Numbered from the stretch's first letter, positions 7,957-18,152 are shown. The stretch is DNA of 64,000 nt from Solirubrobacteraceae bacterium (GCA_035524055.1 DATKPO010000052.1:2040-66039), one strand, 5' to 3'. Numbers and translations: made by a program. The notes: generated by a model from the sequence alone, not told the origin.

Positions 7957-9105
7957 ATGCCCGATCCCCCTTTCACCGCCGAGCACGAGGAGCTGCGCGA
8001 CTCGATCCGCGGCTTTCTCGACCGCGAGCTCGCGCCGCACGCCCCGGCGTGGGAGGACGCGGAATGGTTTCCCGACGAGGTCTTTGAAAAGCTCGCCGCC
8101 CAGGGCCTGCTCGGGCTGAAGTACCCGACCGAGTACGGCGGCCAGGGCGGCGACTATCTCCACGAGGCGGTCCTGGTGGAGGAGCTCGCCCGGATCGGCT
8201 CCGGGGGGACCGCGGCTGGGATCGGCGCGCACGTCAACATCGCCACCCCGCCGATCTGGAGGTTCGGCAGCGAGCAGCAGAAGCGTCGCTACCTCGTGCC
8301 GGCGATCGCCGGCGAGCGGATCGGGGCGCTCGCGATCACCGAGCCCGAGGCCGGCTCCGACGTCGCCGCGCTGCGCACCCGCGCCACCCCGGTCGACGGC
8401 GGCTGGGTCGTGAACGGCGAGAAGACCTACATCACCAACGGCGTCCGCGCCCACTTCCTGGTGACGGCCGTCAAGACCCGTGAAACGACCCCGCCCACCC
8501 GCCACCACGGCATCTCCTTCCTGATCGTCGAGCGCAGCGAGGGCGTGCACTCGTCGAAATTGAAGAAGCTGGGCTGGGACGCCTCGGACACCGCGACGAT
8601 CGCCTTTCAGGACGTCTTCGTGCCGCGCGAGAACCTGCTCGGCGCCGAGCACGAGGGCTTCAAGCTGATCATGGCCAACTTTCAGTGGGAGCGTCTCGCG
8701 ATGGCCCTCGGCGCCGTCGGCGCCATGACCCTCGCCTGGGAGCGCACCGCGTCTTTCGCCCGCGAGCGCCAGACCTTCGGCCGGCCGCTGTCAAAGCACC
8801 AGGCGATCCGCCACAAGCTCGCGGATCTCGCGACCGACGTCTACACCTGCCGCTGCGTCACCTACGACGCCCTGCGCCGCTTCGCCGCCGGCGAGGAGCC
8901 GCTGAAGGAGGTCACGATGGCCAAGCTCCTCACCCAGCGGACCTCGTTCGAGCTCATGGACGCCTGCCTCCAGATCCACGGCGGGGCGGGCTACATGCGG
9001 GAGTACTTCATCGAGCGCGCCGCCCGCGACTCCCGGCTGGGGCCGATCGGCGGGGGCAGCGACGAGATCATGCGCGAGATCCTCGGCCGGCTGCTCGCGC
9101 TGTAG
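7957..9105 (+). CDS. Acyl-CoA dehydrogenase
   Basis: 'ALAITEPEAGSDV', 'NGEKTYITNG', 'QIHGGAGYM', 'IGGGSDEIM'. Confidence 0.95.
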   Translation: MPDPPFTAEHEELRDSIRGFLDRELAPHAPAWEDAEWFPDEVFEKLAAQGLLGLKYPTEYGGQGGDYLHEAVLVEELARIGSGGTAAGIGAHVNIATPPIWRFGSEQQKRRYLVPAIAGERIGALAITEPEAGSDVAALRTRATPVDGGWVVNGEKTYITNGVRAHFLVTAVKTRETTPPTRHHGISFLIVERSEGVHSSKLKKLGWDASDTATIAFQDVFVPRENLLGAEHEGFKLIMANFQWERLAMALGAVGAMTLAWERTASFARERQTFGRPLSKHQAIRHKLADLATDVYTCRCVTYDALRRFAAGEEPLKEVTMAKLLTQRTSFELMDACLQIHGGAGYMREYFIERAARDSRLGPIGGGSDEIMREILGRLLAL

Positions 9106-9287
9106 CGTCTCACCCGGGCCACCCGGGCCCATCGGCGCCCGAGTTCGTAGTCGCCCCCCGCGCGGGTGCGGCGATCCGCGCAGGCCCGCGCCGCCTTTCC
9201 CGCGAGCCACGCCGGGATCGCCGCAAACGTGTCCAAAGCTGCCCTGCGGCGCTCATGTCAGCAAGCCGGTGAGTCGATGCCAGAGAC

Positions 9288-10235
9288 GTGGCACACCGAC
9301 GTCCCCTCCGATCCCTCGCCCCGCTGCTCTGCATCGGCGCCCTCGCCGCCTCGCCGGCGACGGCCGCCGGCGCCGCCGGCCTCCCCACGCCACAGCCCGC
9401 CCGGACCGCCAGCGCATGCCCCGGCGCCACCCTGACACCGGCGCCGGGCAACCTCGAAGAAGTCCGCTCCGCCGTCCTCTGCCTGATCGACCGCGAACGC
9501 GCCGCCGCCGGCGAGAGCCCGCTGCGGCCAGACGCCAAGCTCCAGCGCGCCGCCCAGGGCCACTCCGAAGAAATGGTCGCTCAGGACTACTTCGCCCACG
9601 TCGCCCCCGACGGCTCGACCCCGACCGACCGGATGCGCGCCGCCGGCTACATCCCCAACTCCCGCGTCGGCTACGAAGTCGGCGAGAACATCGCCTGGGG
9701 CACCCTCTGGCTGGCGACGCCGCAGGCGATCGTCAACGCCTGGATGGCCTCGCCGGGGCACCGCGCCAACATCCTCGACGCCGGCTACCGGGACACCGGC
9801 ATCGGCGTCGCCCCGCACGCCCCCACCTCGCTCGCCGAAGGCCAGGCCGGGGCGATCTACACCCAGGACTTCGGCACCATCGTCGCTGCCAACGGCCACG
9901 AGTCGCGCAGCTCCTCCACGCCGGCCTCGCGTTCGCACGGGGGCGCCGCCGGCGCGGCCCACCGCTCCCACGCACGCCCGCATGGCGCGTCGCATCGCCC
10001 GACGAGCTCATCCCACCGCTCCCACACGCACCCGGGACGGATAACCTCCGGCACCCGAACAAGCGAAAGGAGCAGGAATGGGAGTTCTGGACGGCAAGTC
10101 CGCCATCGTCACCGGAAGCGCCCGCGGCATCGGCCGCGCCACCGCCGAAATGCTCGCCGCAGAAGGCGCGCAGGTGCTCATCAACGATCTCGACGGCGAC
10201 ATCGCCGAGCAGGCCGCCCGCGAGATCACCGGTGA
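9288..10235 (+). CDS. Secreted CAP/SCP-domain protein with low-complexity tail
   Basis: Signal peptide; 'AAQGHSEEM..YFAH', 'VGENIAWG', 'WMASPGHRANIL', 'YTQDFG'. The 3' end overlaps the next gene by 158 nt, so it is uncertain. Confidence 0.85.
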   Translation: MAHRRPLRSLAPLLCIGALAASPATAAGAAGLPTPQPARTASACPGATLTPAPGNLEEVRSAVLCLIDRERAAAGESPLRPDAKLQRAAQGHSEEMVAQDYFAHVAPDGSTPTDRMRAAGYIPNSRVGYEVGENIAWGTLWLATPQAIVNAWMASPGHRANILDAGYRDTGIGVAPHAPTSLAEGQAGAIYTQDFGTIVAANGHESRSSSTPASRSHGGAAGAAHRSHARPHGASHRPTSSSHRSHTHPGRITSGTRTSERSRNGSSGRQVRHRHRKRPRHRPRHRRNARRRRRAGAHQRSRRRHRRAGRPRDHR

Positions 10236-10905
10236 GACCGCCGTCTTCGCCGGCGACCTGACCAAGCCCGGCGTCCCCGATCAGCTCGTCCAGAAGGCCG
10301 TCGACGCCTTCGGCAAGATCGACATCGTCGTCAACAACGCCGGCTACACCCTCGACGCCCCCATCCACAAGATGAGCGACGAGCAGTTCCAGGCGATGCT
10401 CGACATCCACACCGTCGTGCCCTTCCGCGTCCTGCGCGCCGCCGCCCCCCATCTGCGCGAGCCCGCCAAGAAGGAGCGCGAGGAAGGCCAGGAGGTGTTC
10501 CGCAAGGTCGTCAACGTCTCCTCCACATCGGGCACCTTCGGCAACCCCGGCCAGGCCAACTACTCCTCGGCCAAGGCCGGCGTCGTCGGTCTCACCAAGA
10601 CCCTCGCCAAGGAGTGGGGCCAGTTCAAGATCAACGTCAACGCCGTCGCCTTCGGCTTCATCGACACCCGCCTCACCCAGGCCAAGGTCGACGACAACAC
10701 CATGGAGAAGGACGGCGAGAAGATCCAGCTCGGCATCCCCGAGCAGCTGCGCCAGATGGCCTCGATGCTGATCCCGCTCGGGCGCCCCGCCACGCCCGAG
10801 GAGGCCGCCGGCGGCGTCTTCTTCCTCTGCAGCCCCTGGTCGAACTACGTCCACGGCCAGACCCTGCACATCACGGGCGGCATGTTCGGGGGGATGACAG
10901 GCTAG
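10078..10905 (+). CDS. SDR-family oxidoreductase (FabG-like)
   Basis: TGSARGIG, NNAG, YSSAK (YxxxK); AGGA RBS. Confidence 0.95.
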   Translation: MGVLDGKSAIVTGSARGIGRATAEMLAAEGAQVLINDLDGDIAEQAAREITGETAVFAGDLTKPGVPDQLVQKAVDAFGKIDIVVNNAGYTLDAPIHKMSDEQFQAMLDIHTVVPFRVLRAAAPHLREPAKKEREEGQEVFRKVVNVSSTSGTFGNPGQANYSSAKAGVVGLTKTLAKEWGQFKINVNAVAFGFIDTRLTQAKVDDNTMEKDGEKIQLGIPEQLRQMASMLIPLGRPATPEEAAGGVFFLCSPWSNYVHGQTLHITGGMFGGMTG

Positions 10906-11068
10906 GTCACGACGAGGTTCGGCTGGTCGAGCTCGCCAGCCGCCGCACGCGGTCGCGGACGAGCTCGACGCCAGATGTCTGCTTCTGCGGACATGGCTAC
11001 AGCGCTATGTCTGAGCGTCGTCGAGGCGACCTGCCGCGGGGCGGCGGCGTTGCGGCGAGTGTCGTACG

Positions 11069-11806
11069 TCAGACCCCGCGCAGGTCCAGCTGGCATCCCG
11101 AGAAGTAGGCGCCCGCCGGTGATGCGAGGTACGCGACGAGCGTCGCCGCCTGCTCCCCCGAGGTGTGGGCGCCGGGCGCGACCGCGACCGTCGTGACGCC
11201 GTAACGCGCCCACTCGATCGAAAGCGTCCGGGCGAGGTTCTCCAGACCGGCCCGGGCGGCGTCGGAGTGCTCGCCGGCGTCGGGCCGGGGGGCGATGTAG
11301 ACGATCCGCCCCGCGCCGTGCGCGGCGCCGGGATGGCCGTCTCGCGGCCCGCCCGCCAGAAAGGCGTGGTTGACGACGGCATGGGTCGCGTCCCAGGCGC
11401 CGTCGAGGCAGGCCCGCAGTGCGGCATGGCCGCCACCGCCGTGCGCACGGGCCTCGGCGAAGAGGCCGGCGCCGTCCACGGCGAGGACATCTGTCGCGCG
11501 CATCGCCGCCTCGGCGGACCTTCCCGCCGTGAGCGACGAGTCGACCGCCTGCGCCTCGCCGACCCCAACCGGATCGGGCTCCGGCGCCCAGCGCGAGACG
11601 GAGGCTCCCAGCGCGGCGCAGGCGTCGCCGACGGCAGCCGCAAAGACGCCTTCGGCCGGCGATGACACGCTGGCGGACGACGAGCCGGCGGAGCCCGAGA
11701 CAGCCGCCGGCGCGACCGGAGACGGTGGGCCGCAGACCAGAACCGCGACGCCGTCGAGCAGCCCGGGGCGCAGCAGCGCGGCGGGGGATGTCGAGAGCCC
11801 GCTCAT
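11069..11806 (-). CDS. Degenerate SDR-like protein (AtuB / 2,4-dienoyl-CoA reductase-like)
   Basis: 'LLRPGLLDG' start, 'HSDAARAGLENLARTLSIEWARYG', 'YLASPAGAYFSG'; the Gly-rich NAD(P) loop is absent. Confidence 0.7.
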   Translation of the reverse strand: MSGLSTSPAALLRPGLLDGVAVLVCGPPSPVAPAAVSGSAGSSSASVSSPAEGVFAAAVGDACAALGASVSRWAPEPDPVGVGEAQAVDSSLTAGRSAEAAMRATDVLAVDGAGLFAEARAHGGGGHAALRACLDGAWDATHAVVNHAFLAGGPRDGHPGAAHGAGRIVYIAPRPDAGEHSDAARAGLENLARTLSIEWARYGVTTVAVAPGAHTSGEQAATLVAYLASPAGAYFSGCQLDLRGV

Positions 11807-11824
11807 GCCCGGCGATCCCCCCGC

Positions 11825-12556
11825 TCAGGGCGCGGCCGGAGGGAATGGCCCGGTCTGGAAGGAGTCGGCGCGTTCGGGCAGATCACCGCCGGCGTGGGCG
11901 CTGTCGCGCAGCTCGAAGTAGAGCACCGCGGCGGCCAGCGCCGAGATCGGGGCCGTCAGGATTCCCAGCACGACGCGCACGATCAGGCCGACCGTGGTGC
12001 CGGCGGCGTTGGCCAGCACGTACAGCGCCTCGGTGACGACGCCGATGCCGATGACGAGCAGCAGGATCACCCCGAACACCTGCCAGCCGTTGCCGCGCAC
12101 CAGCTCCCGGCTGCGCCCGAGGGCGCGCATCGCACCGGGATGCTCCAGCACGACGACCGGCGCCGCCACCGCCCAGATCGTCAGCAGGATGAGGCCGGGG
12201 ACGATGAGCAGCACGAACCCGATCGCCTCGCCGACGGCTGCCAGGATGGCGACCAGGATCAGCTGGCCGAGCACCGGCGATACCGCCCGCAGCAGCTGGC
12301 CCACGGTCGCGTCGCGCTTCCCGTCGCGGACGTCGGCGACGAGCTCGACGATCATCCCGGTGTAGAGGATCGTGGCCACCAGCGACACGATCAGGGCCAG
12401 TATCGCCAGCGCCGGAGAGGCGACGACCAGCAGAATCCCGAAGACGCCGCTGATGACGAACACGACGGCCGCCGTCGGCATCAGCACCGGCGCCTGGTCG
12501 ACATAGATCTGGAACGTCCGGCGGAGGACCGCGCCGACGTCAATCTTCCCGTTCAT
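11825..12556 (-). CDS. Integral membrane protein (about 6 TM; GDPD membrane-domain-like)
   Basis: Hydrophobic helices; 'VVVLE..ALGRSRELVRGNGWQV'; GGAGGG RBS before ATG 12556. Confidence 0.85.
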   Translation of the reverse strand: MNGKIDVGAVLRRTFQIYVDQAPVLMPTAAVVFVISGVFGILLVVASPALAILALIVSLVATILYTGMIVELVADVRDGKRDATVGQLLRAVSPVLGQLILVAILAAVGEAIGFVLLIVPGLILLTIWAVAAPVVVLEHPGAMRALGRSRELVRGNGWQVFGVILLLVIGIGVVTEALYVLANAAGTTVGLIVRVVLGILTAPISALAAAVLYFELRDSAHAGGDLPERADSFQTGPFPPAAP

Positions 12557-12623
12557 CTCACCCCTCCCTGTGTCGCGGTATGTGTGTGCGGTCTGCCCGG
12601 CTCCAGGTGCCGGCGCCGCGCCG

Positions 12624-12671
12624 CCGGCAACCGGCAACCGGCAACCGGCAACCGGCAACCGGCAACCGGCA
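12624..12671. repeat. Tandem heptamer repeat (CCGGCAA), 6 full copies plus a partial copy
   Basis: Directly visible; intergenic. Confidence 0.95.
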
Positions 12672-12718
12672 CAGTACGCCAAGCGTCAGACGCCCTGCGG
12701 GCGTGGCCGGAAGCGCCC

Positions 12719-13495
12719 TCAGGCGACCGCGGCGCCGCGGCGCGCGTGGCGCTCGGCGCGCACCCGCTGGCGCATGCCGCGACGGCCGTGTTCCTCCAGC
12801 CCGGCGTAGAGCCGCTTGATCTCGGCCAGGATCTCGTCGGCGACGGCCTGCTGCTGCGCCGGGCTCGGGTCCTCGACGCGCTCCCAGCGCAGCGCCTGCC
12901 CGTACTGGACGGTGACCTTCGGGAACCGCAGCCGCTTCCAGTTGCGGATGCGCGAGGAGCCGTGGATCGCGATCGGCACCACCGGCGCCCCGCTTTCCAG
13001 CGCCAGGCGCCCGATGCCGCGCTTGGCCTGCTCGGCGAGCTTGCCCGAGCGCGAGCGCCCGCCCTCGCAATACATCGTGATCGCCCCGCCGCGCGCCATG
13101 ATCGCGTTGGCGGTCGTGAAGACCTCCTCGTCACGCGCCCCCCGGCGCACCGGGAAGACGCCGCCGTGGGTGTAGATGAACTGCATCGGACGCTTGAAGA
13201 GCTGCGACTTGGCCATGAAGCGGACCTTGCGGCGGATGTAGCAGCCCATCAGGAAGTGGTCCATGAACGAGAAGTGGTTGGGCGCCAGGATCACCGCGCC
13301 CCGACCCGGCACGTTGTCGGTCGCGATCGCCCGGGTGCGCAGCAGGGTGTAGGCGTAGAGCGAGGTCAGCAGCCGCGTCAGCTCGTACGCCCAATCCGGT
13401 TCCCGCGTCCTAGCACGCTCGTGGAAGCGGTCGAAGTGCTCCTTCGGCCGCGGATCGGAGTAGATCTGCTCGCGCATCGCCGCCAGCTCGCTCAT
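12719..13495 (-). CDS. Lysophospholipid acyltransferase (PlsC family)
   Basis: NHFSFMD (HX4D), 'FMAKSQLF', 'EGGRS', 'PVVPIAI'. Confidence 0.92.
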   Translation of the reverse strand: MSELAAMREQIYSDPRPKEHFDRFHERARTREPDWAYELTRLLTSLYAYTLLRTRAIATDNVPGRGAVILAPNHFSFMDHFLMGCYIRRKVRFMAKSQLFKRPMQFIYTHGGVFPVRRGARDEEVFTTANAIMARGGAITMYCEGGRSRSGKLAEQAKRGIGRLALESGAPVVPIAIHGSSRIRNWKRLRFPKVTVQYGQALRWERVEDPSPAQQQAVADEILAEIKRLYAGLEEHGRRGMRQRVRAERHARRGAAVA

Positions 13496-13579
13496 GTCTT
13501 GGCTCCCCCTGCCGGGCTTCCGTCTCTGTTTGGTCGGTGGAATCGCTGCACCCTCTTCTACCGCGAGCGCGGCACAAGG

Positions 13580-15163
13580 TTACGTAACCGGCTGCGCCGA
13601 TCCCACCCCCCGCGCGCGCGCCAGCGCCGCCTGCCAGCCAGCCAGCAGGCGGTCCCGCTCGTCCTCGCCCATCCGCGGCTCGTAACGCACGCGCTCGCGC
13701 CAACCGGCGACGACGTCCGCGAGCCCCCACCGCCCGGCGCCCACCCCGGCCAGATAGGCCGCCCCGAGCGCCGTCGTCTCGGCGATCCCCGGCACCACCA
13801 CCGGCACGCCGAGCACGTCGGCCTGGAACTGCATCAGCCAGCCGTTGGCCGTGGCGCCGCCATCGACGCGCAGCTCGCGCAGCGACTCGCCCGCGCCGGC
13901 CTCCATCGCACGGACCGCGTCGACCGTCTGGTAGGCGATCGCCTCCAGCGTCGCCCGCGCCAGGTGCGCCCGGGTGCTGCCCCGGGTCAGGCCGACGATC
14001 GTGCCCCGCGCCCCCGCGTCCCAGTGGGGCGATCCGAGGCCGGTCAGCGCCGGCACGAAGTACACCTGCTCGTTGGACTGCAGCGACGCCGCCAGGGTCT
14101 CGGTCTCGGCGGCGTCGGCGATGACGCCGAGACCGTCGCGCAGCCACTGCACCGCGGCGCCGGTGACGAAGATCGAGGCCTCCAGCGCATAGCAGAGCCG
14201 CATCCCCGCGTCGCCCGTCAGGCTTCGCTGCGCGCCCCAAGCCTCCACGCCCGCGGCGTCCTTCTCGCCGCCACCCGGCGTCCGTGGCTCGGCCGCGCCG
14301 ATGCCCCACGCCACCGTGCCCAGCAGCCCCGGCGCGGGCGGCGGCGCCTGGCCGCCGGCGTTGAGCAGCACGAAGGAGCCCGTGCCGTAGGTGTTCTTGC
14401 CCATCCCCGGCTCCAGGCAGGCCTGGCCGAAGAGCGCCGCCTGCTGGTCGCCGGCGACGCCCGCCACCGGCACGGCGTGACCGTGCAGCGCCCGCGGGAG
14501 CGTCGTGCCCAGCACGCCCGCGCTTGTCCCCACCCGTGGCAGCGCCCGCTCGGGTATCCCGAACAGCTCCAGCAGCTCCGGGTCCCAGCGGCCGGCGCGG
14601 ATGTCGTAGAGCAGCGTCCGCGAGGCGTTCGAGGGGTCCGTCAGGTGCTCCCCCGTCAGCTTGTGGATCAGCCACGAGTCGACCGTCCCGAACAGCGCCC
14701 GGCCAGCCGTCGCCCGCTCACGCAGGCCCGGTACGTGCTCCAGCAGCCACTGCATCTTGGTCGCCGAGAAATACGGGTCGAGCACCAGGCCCGTGCGCTC
14801 CCGGATCAGCGGCTCGTATCCCGCCTCGCGCAGCTGCCCGCAGCGCTCCGCCGTGCGCCGGTCCTGCCACACGATCGCCCGGTGCAGCGGCTCGCCGCTG
14901 TCCGGGTCCCAGACGCAGACGGTCTCGCGCTGGTTGGTGATGCCGACCGCCGCCAGCTCGCCGCGCCGCACCCCGGCGTCGGCGAGCGCCTCGCCGGCAA
15001 CCGCCTGCGTGACTCTCCAGATTTCCAGCGCGTCATGCTCGACCCAGCCCGGCCGGGGAAAGTGCTGGGCGAGCTCGCGCTGGGCACGCCCCACGAGCGC
15101 CGCCCGCTCGTCGAAGACGAGGCAGGTGCTGCCGGTCGTGCCCTGGTCGATGGCGAGGATCAC
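13580..15163 (-). CDS. glpK: Glycerol kinase
   Basis: 'DQGTTGS', 'GWVEHD', 'GITNQRET', 'VWQDRRT', '[10 protein letters not shown]', 'KNTYGTG', 'ETTALGAA'. Confidence 0.97.
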   Translation of the reverse strand: MILAIDQGTTGSTCLVFDERAALVGRAQRELAQHFPRPGWVEHDALEIWRVTQAVAGEALADAGVRRGELAAVGITNQRETVCVWDPDSGEPLHRAIVWQDRRTAERCGQLREAGYEPLIRERTGLVLDPYFSATKMQWLLEHVPGLRERATAGRALFGTVDSWLIHKLTGEHLTDPSNASRTLLYDIRAGRWDPELLELFGIPERALPRVGTSAGVLGTTLPRALHGHAVPVAGVAGDQQAALFGQACLEPGMGKNTYGTGSFVLLNAGGQAPPPAPGLLGTVAWGIGAAEPRTPGGGEKDAAGVEAWGAQRSLTGDAGMRLCYALEASIFVTGAAVQWLRDGLGVIADAAETETLAASLQSNEQVYFVPALTGLGSPHWDAGARGTIVGLTRGSTRAHLARATLEAIAYQTVDAVRAMEAGAGESLRELRVDGGATANGWLMQFQADVLGVPVVVPGIAETTALGAAYLAGVGAGRWGLADVVAGWRERVRYEPRMGEDERDRLLAGWQAALARARGVGSAQPVT

Positions 15164-15216
15164 TGCACTATTGTTTCGCGCGTCATCGCGAACGGCATCC
15201 CGGGAGGTATCCAGTC

Positions 15217-15429
15217 TTGGCCGAGATAGAGGCTCACATCACCGGCACGGTGTGGAAGATCGAGTGCGCCGTCGGCGACACCGTCGAGGAGGGCGACACC
15301 GTCGCCATCCTCGAGTCCATGAAGATGGAGATGCCCGTCGAGGCCGAGGACGCCGGCACCGTCGTCGAGATCGTCTGCGAGGAGGGCCAGGCCGTCAACG
15401 AGGGCGACGTCCTCGTCGTGCTCGACTGA
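15217..15429 (+). CDS. Biotin/lipoyl carrier protein (stand-alone BCCP-like)
   Basis: 'LESMKME' biotinylation motif; GGAGG RBS. Confidence 0.92.
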   Translation: MAEIEAHITGTVWKIECAVGDTVEEGDTVAILESMKMEMPVEAEDAGTVVEIVCEEGQAVNEGDVLVVLD

Positions 15430-15498
15430 GCCGCCACGACTCGTCCTGCGGCGACCCGGCGCCGCGGCCGGAGCCGCCTCGGCTAGCCTTCCACGTCG

Positions 15499-16320
15499 AT
15501 GGCCTGCACCCCGCCACGGGAGCTGGCCGCGGGCAAGCTCCTGGTGGATCGTCCCGCGGACCGAGTCGCCCGCCTGACGATCTCCAATCCCGCCAAGCGC
15601 AACGCGCTCGACCAGCCGACCCTCGACGCAATCTCGACGGTGCTGGCGGAGCTCGCCGCGGAGGAGGAGGTGCGCTGCGTGGTCGTCACCGGGGCCCACG
15701 GGATGTTCTCCGCCGGCTACGAGATCAACGACTTCGGCGACGGCCGCTTCCAGGAAGAGGCCGAGCGCCTTGTCGCGCATCCCTTCACGAGCGCGATCGA
15801 AGCCCTCGAGGACTTCCCGTATCCGACGCTCGCCGCTCTGCCCGGGCACACCATCGGCGGCGGCCTGGAGCTGGCCCTGGCGTGCGATCTGCGGGTCGCC
15901 GCCGACGGGATCAAACTGGGCATGCCCCCGGCCAAGCTGGGTCTCGTCTACTCCCACACCGGCCTGAGCCGTTTCATCGACGCCATCGGGGCCGCCCGCA
16001 CACGCGAGCTGTTCCTGCTGGCGAGCTACGTCGACGCCGCGACGGCGCTGATGTGGGGCCTCGTCAACCGCGTCGTTCCCGGCGCCGAGCTCGAGGCGGT
16101 GGCGCTGGGGCTGGCGACCGAGGTCGCCGGTCATGCTCCTCTCTCCCAGCGCGGCAACAAGCGCGTGATCGCCTCGCTGCTGCGCGCCCGCGGCGGCCTG
16201 CCGGAGGATCTCGAACGCGAGCTGCTGGAGCTGCGCCGCGCCTCGTTCGACTCCCGCGACATGCGCGAGGGCATGAGCGCTTTCGCGGAGAAGCGCCCGC
16301 CCCGCTGGCTCGGGGAATAG
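15499..16320 (+). CDS. Enoyl-CoA hydratase/isomerase family protein
   Basis: 'KRNAL', 'FSAG', 'GGGLELALACDLR', 'EGMSAFAEKRPP'. Confidence 0.92.
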   Translation: MACTPPRELAAGKLLVDRPADRVARLTISNPAKRNALDQPTLDAISTVLAELAAEEEVRCVVVTGAHGMFSAGYEINDFGDGRFQEEAERLVAHPFTSAIEALEDFPYPTLAALPGHTIGGGLELALACDLRVAADGIKLGMPPAKLGLVYSHTGLSRFIDAIGAARTRELFLLASYVDAATALMWGLVNRVVPGAELEAVALGLATEVAGHAPLSQRGNKRVIASLLRARGGLPEDLERELLELRRASFDSRDMREGMSAFAEKRPPRWLGE

Positions 16321-16390
16321 GCGTCGCGGCGTCCCCTCGGCTCGCCTCCGAGGATCGGCCGGCTGGGTTGGCCTCCTCGGGTGGCGTTCC

Positions 16391-17071
16391 TCATCGCGGG
16401 ACCCGGGTGAGAGCGATGGCCGCGAAGAGCAGCCCGTCGCGCGCGAGCCAGCGACCCGACAGCGCCGTCAGTGGCTTCTCCTCCACGACGGGGCCGGGCA
16501 CGAGCAGCCGTGCCCGCAGAGAGCCGCTCCGCGTGCCCGGCGCCGGCGGGTCGAGCTCGAGCAAGGCGTCCTCGAAGCCCAGCCAGCGGCGCGCCAGCGG
16601 GAACCAGACCTTGTAGACGGCCTCCTTGGCGCAGAACAGCAGCCGATCCCAGTGGATCGACGGCTCGACGAGGGCCAGACGCGCCAGCAGGGCACGCTCT
16701 CGCTCACGGGCGACGTCGTTCAGCAGCCCGGCGGGGAGCGGCCCGTTGGGCTCGGCGTCGATGCCGACGCCGAGCAGCTCCTCCGAGCGGGCCAGCGCAC
16801 AGCCGCGGTAGCCGGCGCAGTGGGTGATGCTGCCCACCACACCCGCCGGCCAGCGCGGCTCGCCCCGCTCGCCGGTGGCGATCGGCGAGGCCGGCAGTCC
16901 GAGCCGGGCCAGCGCCTCCCGGGCGCAGGCGCGGGCGGTGACGAACTCGCGCCGGCGCTTCTCGACGGCCTGTCCCAGCGCGGCGCGCTCCTCGGGGAAG
17001 AGCTCGATGTCGAGCCGCTCCCCACGGGTGTCGACGGCGACGACCCGCGGCGGCAGGATCTCCTCGATCAC
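16391..17071 (-). CDS. 4'-phosphopantetheinyl transferase (PptT/EntD type)
   Basis: 'KRRREF..AR.CA', 'P.WP.GVVGSITHC', 'VGIDAE', 'FCAKEAVYK'; GTGA overlap with the upstream gene. Confidence 0.93.
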   Translation of the reverse strand: MIEEILPPRVVAVDTRGERLDIELFPEERAALGQAVEKRRREFVTARACAREALARLGLPASPIATGERGEPRWPAGVVGSITHCAGYRGCALARSEELLGVGIDAEPNGPLPAGLLNDVARERERALLARLALVEPSIHWDRLLFCAKEAVYKVWFPLARRWLGFEDALLELDPPAPGTRSGSLRARLLVPGPVVEEKPLTALSGRWLARDGLLFAAIALTRVPR

Positions 17072-17928
17072 CGCGCCCCCCCGTCGGCGAGGACATCGCG
17101 CGGGGGCGCCGGAGACGGGCCCCGCCGCCGCCACTCCCGGGGATAGCCGAGTGAGACCTCAAGAAACGGCACGCCGTCGTACCGGGTGAGGCGGGGGATG
17201 TGCAGATGACCGTAGACGACCGCCTTGGCGTCGTAGCGCAGATGCCAGTCGGCGGTGCGCTCGGTGCCGCACCACTGGGCGAACTCGGGGTGGCGCAGGA
17301 CCAGCGTCGGCTCGCGTCGCAGGGGGAAGTGATTGACGAGCACCGTCGGCAGCCGCCGGTCGCGCCCCTCCAGGCGGCGTTCGGTCTCGCGCAGCCGCGC
17401 CGCGCACCACGCCTCCCGGCTGGGATGGGGGTCTGGGTGCAGCACGAGCTCGTCGCTGCAGACCACGCCCGCGGCGTGGGCCCGGGCGAGCGCCAGCTCT
17501 TTGGTCGGTGCGATGTTGCTGCCGAACGAGTAGTCGTAGAGCAGGAACAGCGGCGCCACCGTCGCCGGCCCCCCCGGGCCACGCCATACCGGGTAGGGAT
17601 CCTCGGGCGTAAGCACCCCGCGCCGCCTACAGCTGTCGACGATGTGGAGGTAGCGCTCCTCGCCGCGAAGCTTCAGCGGGTCTTCCCGCGTGCTCCAGAG
17701 GTCGTGGTTGCCGGGCACCCAGATCACCTGCGCGAAGCGCTCCCGCAGCAGGCCCAGTGCCCACTCGATGTCGGAGGCGAGCTCGGCGACGTCGCCGCAG
17801 ACGATCAGCCAGTCGGCCGGCGTGCCGGGCCGAAGATTCTCCAGGACGCGCCGATTGTCGGGATGGCCGATGTGGAGGTCGGCGATCGCGAGCAGGCTCG
17901 GGGTCTGCTCGCCGCTGGGCCGTTCCAC
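17068..17928 (-). CDS. Calcineurin-like metallophosphoesterase (PptH-like)
   Basis: DLH, GD, GNHD, NHFP, GHLH motifs; coupled to the PPTase as in mycobacterial pptH-pptT; TATCAT 7 nt before GTG 17928 supports this start. Confidence 0.88.
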   Translation of the reverse strand: MERPSGEQTPSLLAIADLHIGHPDNRRVLENLRPGTPADWLIVCGDVAELASDIEWALGLLRERFAQVIWVPGNHDLWSTREDPLKLRGEERYLHIVDSCRRRGVLTPEDPYPVWRGPGGPATVAPLFLLYDYSFGSNIAPTKELALARAHAAGVVCSDELVLHPDPHPSREAWCAARLRETERRLEGRDRRLPTVLVNHFPLRREPTLVLRHPEFAQWCGTERTADWHLRYDAKAVVYGHLHIPRLTRYDGVPFLEVSLGYPREWRRRGPSPAPPRDVLADGGAR

Positions 17929-18152
17929 GCCGACGATGATACGTCCCGATCGTCGCCCTCCCACCGGCCGCCCCCGATCGCCGGCGGCGGTCCGACGGCC
18001 CGCCCCGAGATCGCCGGTCCCCGTTCCGACCGCCGCCCCTGATCGCCGGTGGCCGCGCGCTCCGCGCGTCATGCGCGTAGAGTGCTCGGCGTCGCGCCCG
18101 CGGCCCGCCGCCGGGCGCTCGCTGAAAATCGCAATCGGAGGTCCGTTCGTAG

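Noticed and set aside
11894-15229. 1111-aa plus-strand ORF and similar long ORFs (41711-45073, 50154-52880, 31600-33738, 153-2237)
   Set aside because: Antisense or off-frame shadows of well-supported genes, expected in high-GC DNA; Arg/Ala/Gly-rich with no motifs.
17945-18060. Degenerate GATCGCCGG repeats (period about 32 nt) upstream of bioB as an operator array
   Set aside because: GC-rich and poorly conserved, with no match to a biotin regulator site that I know; likely slippage.
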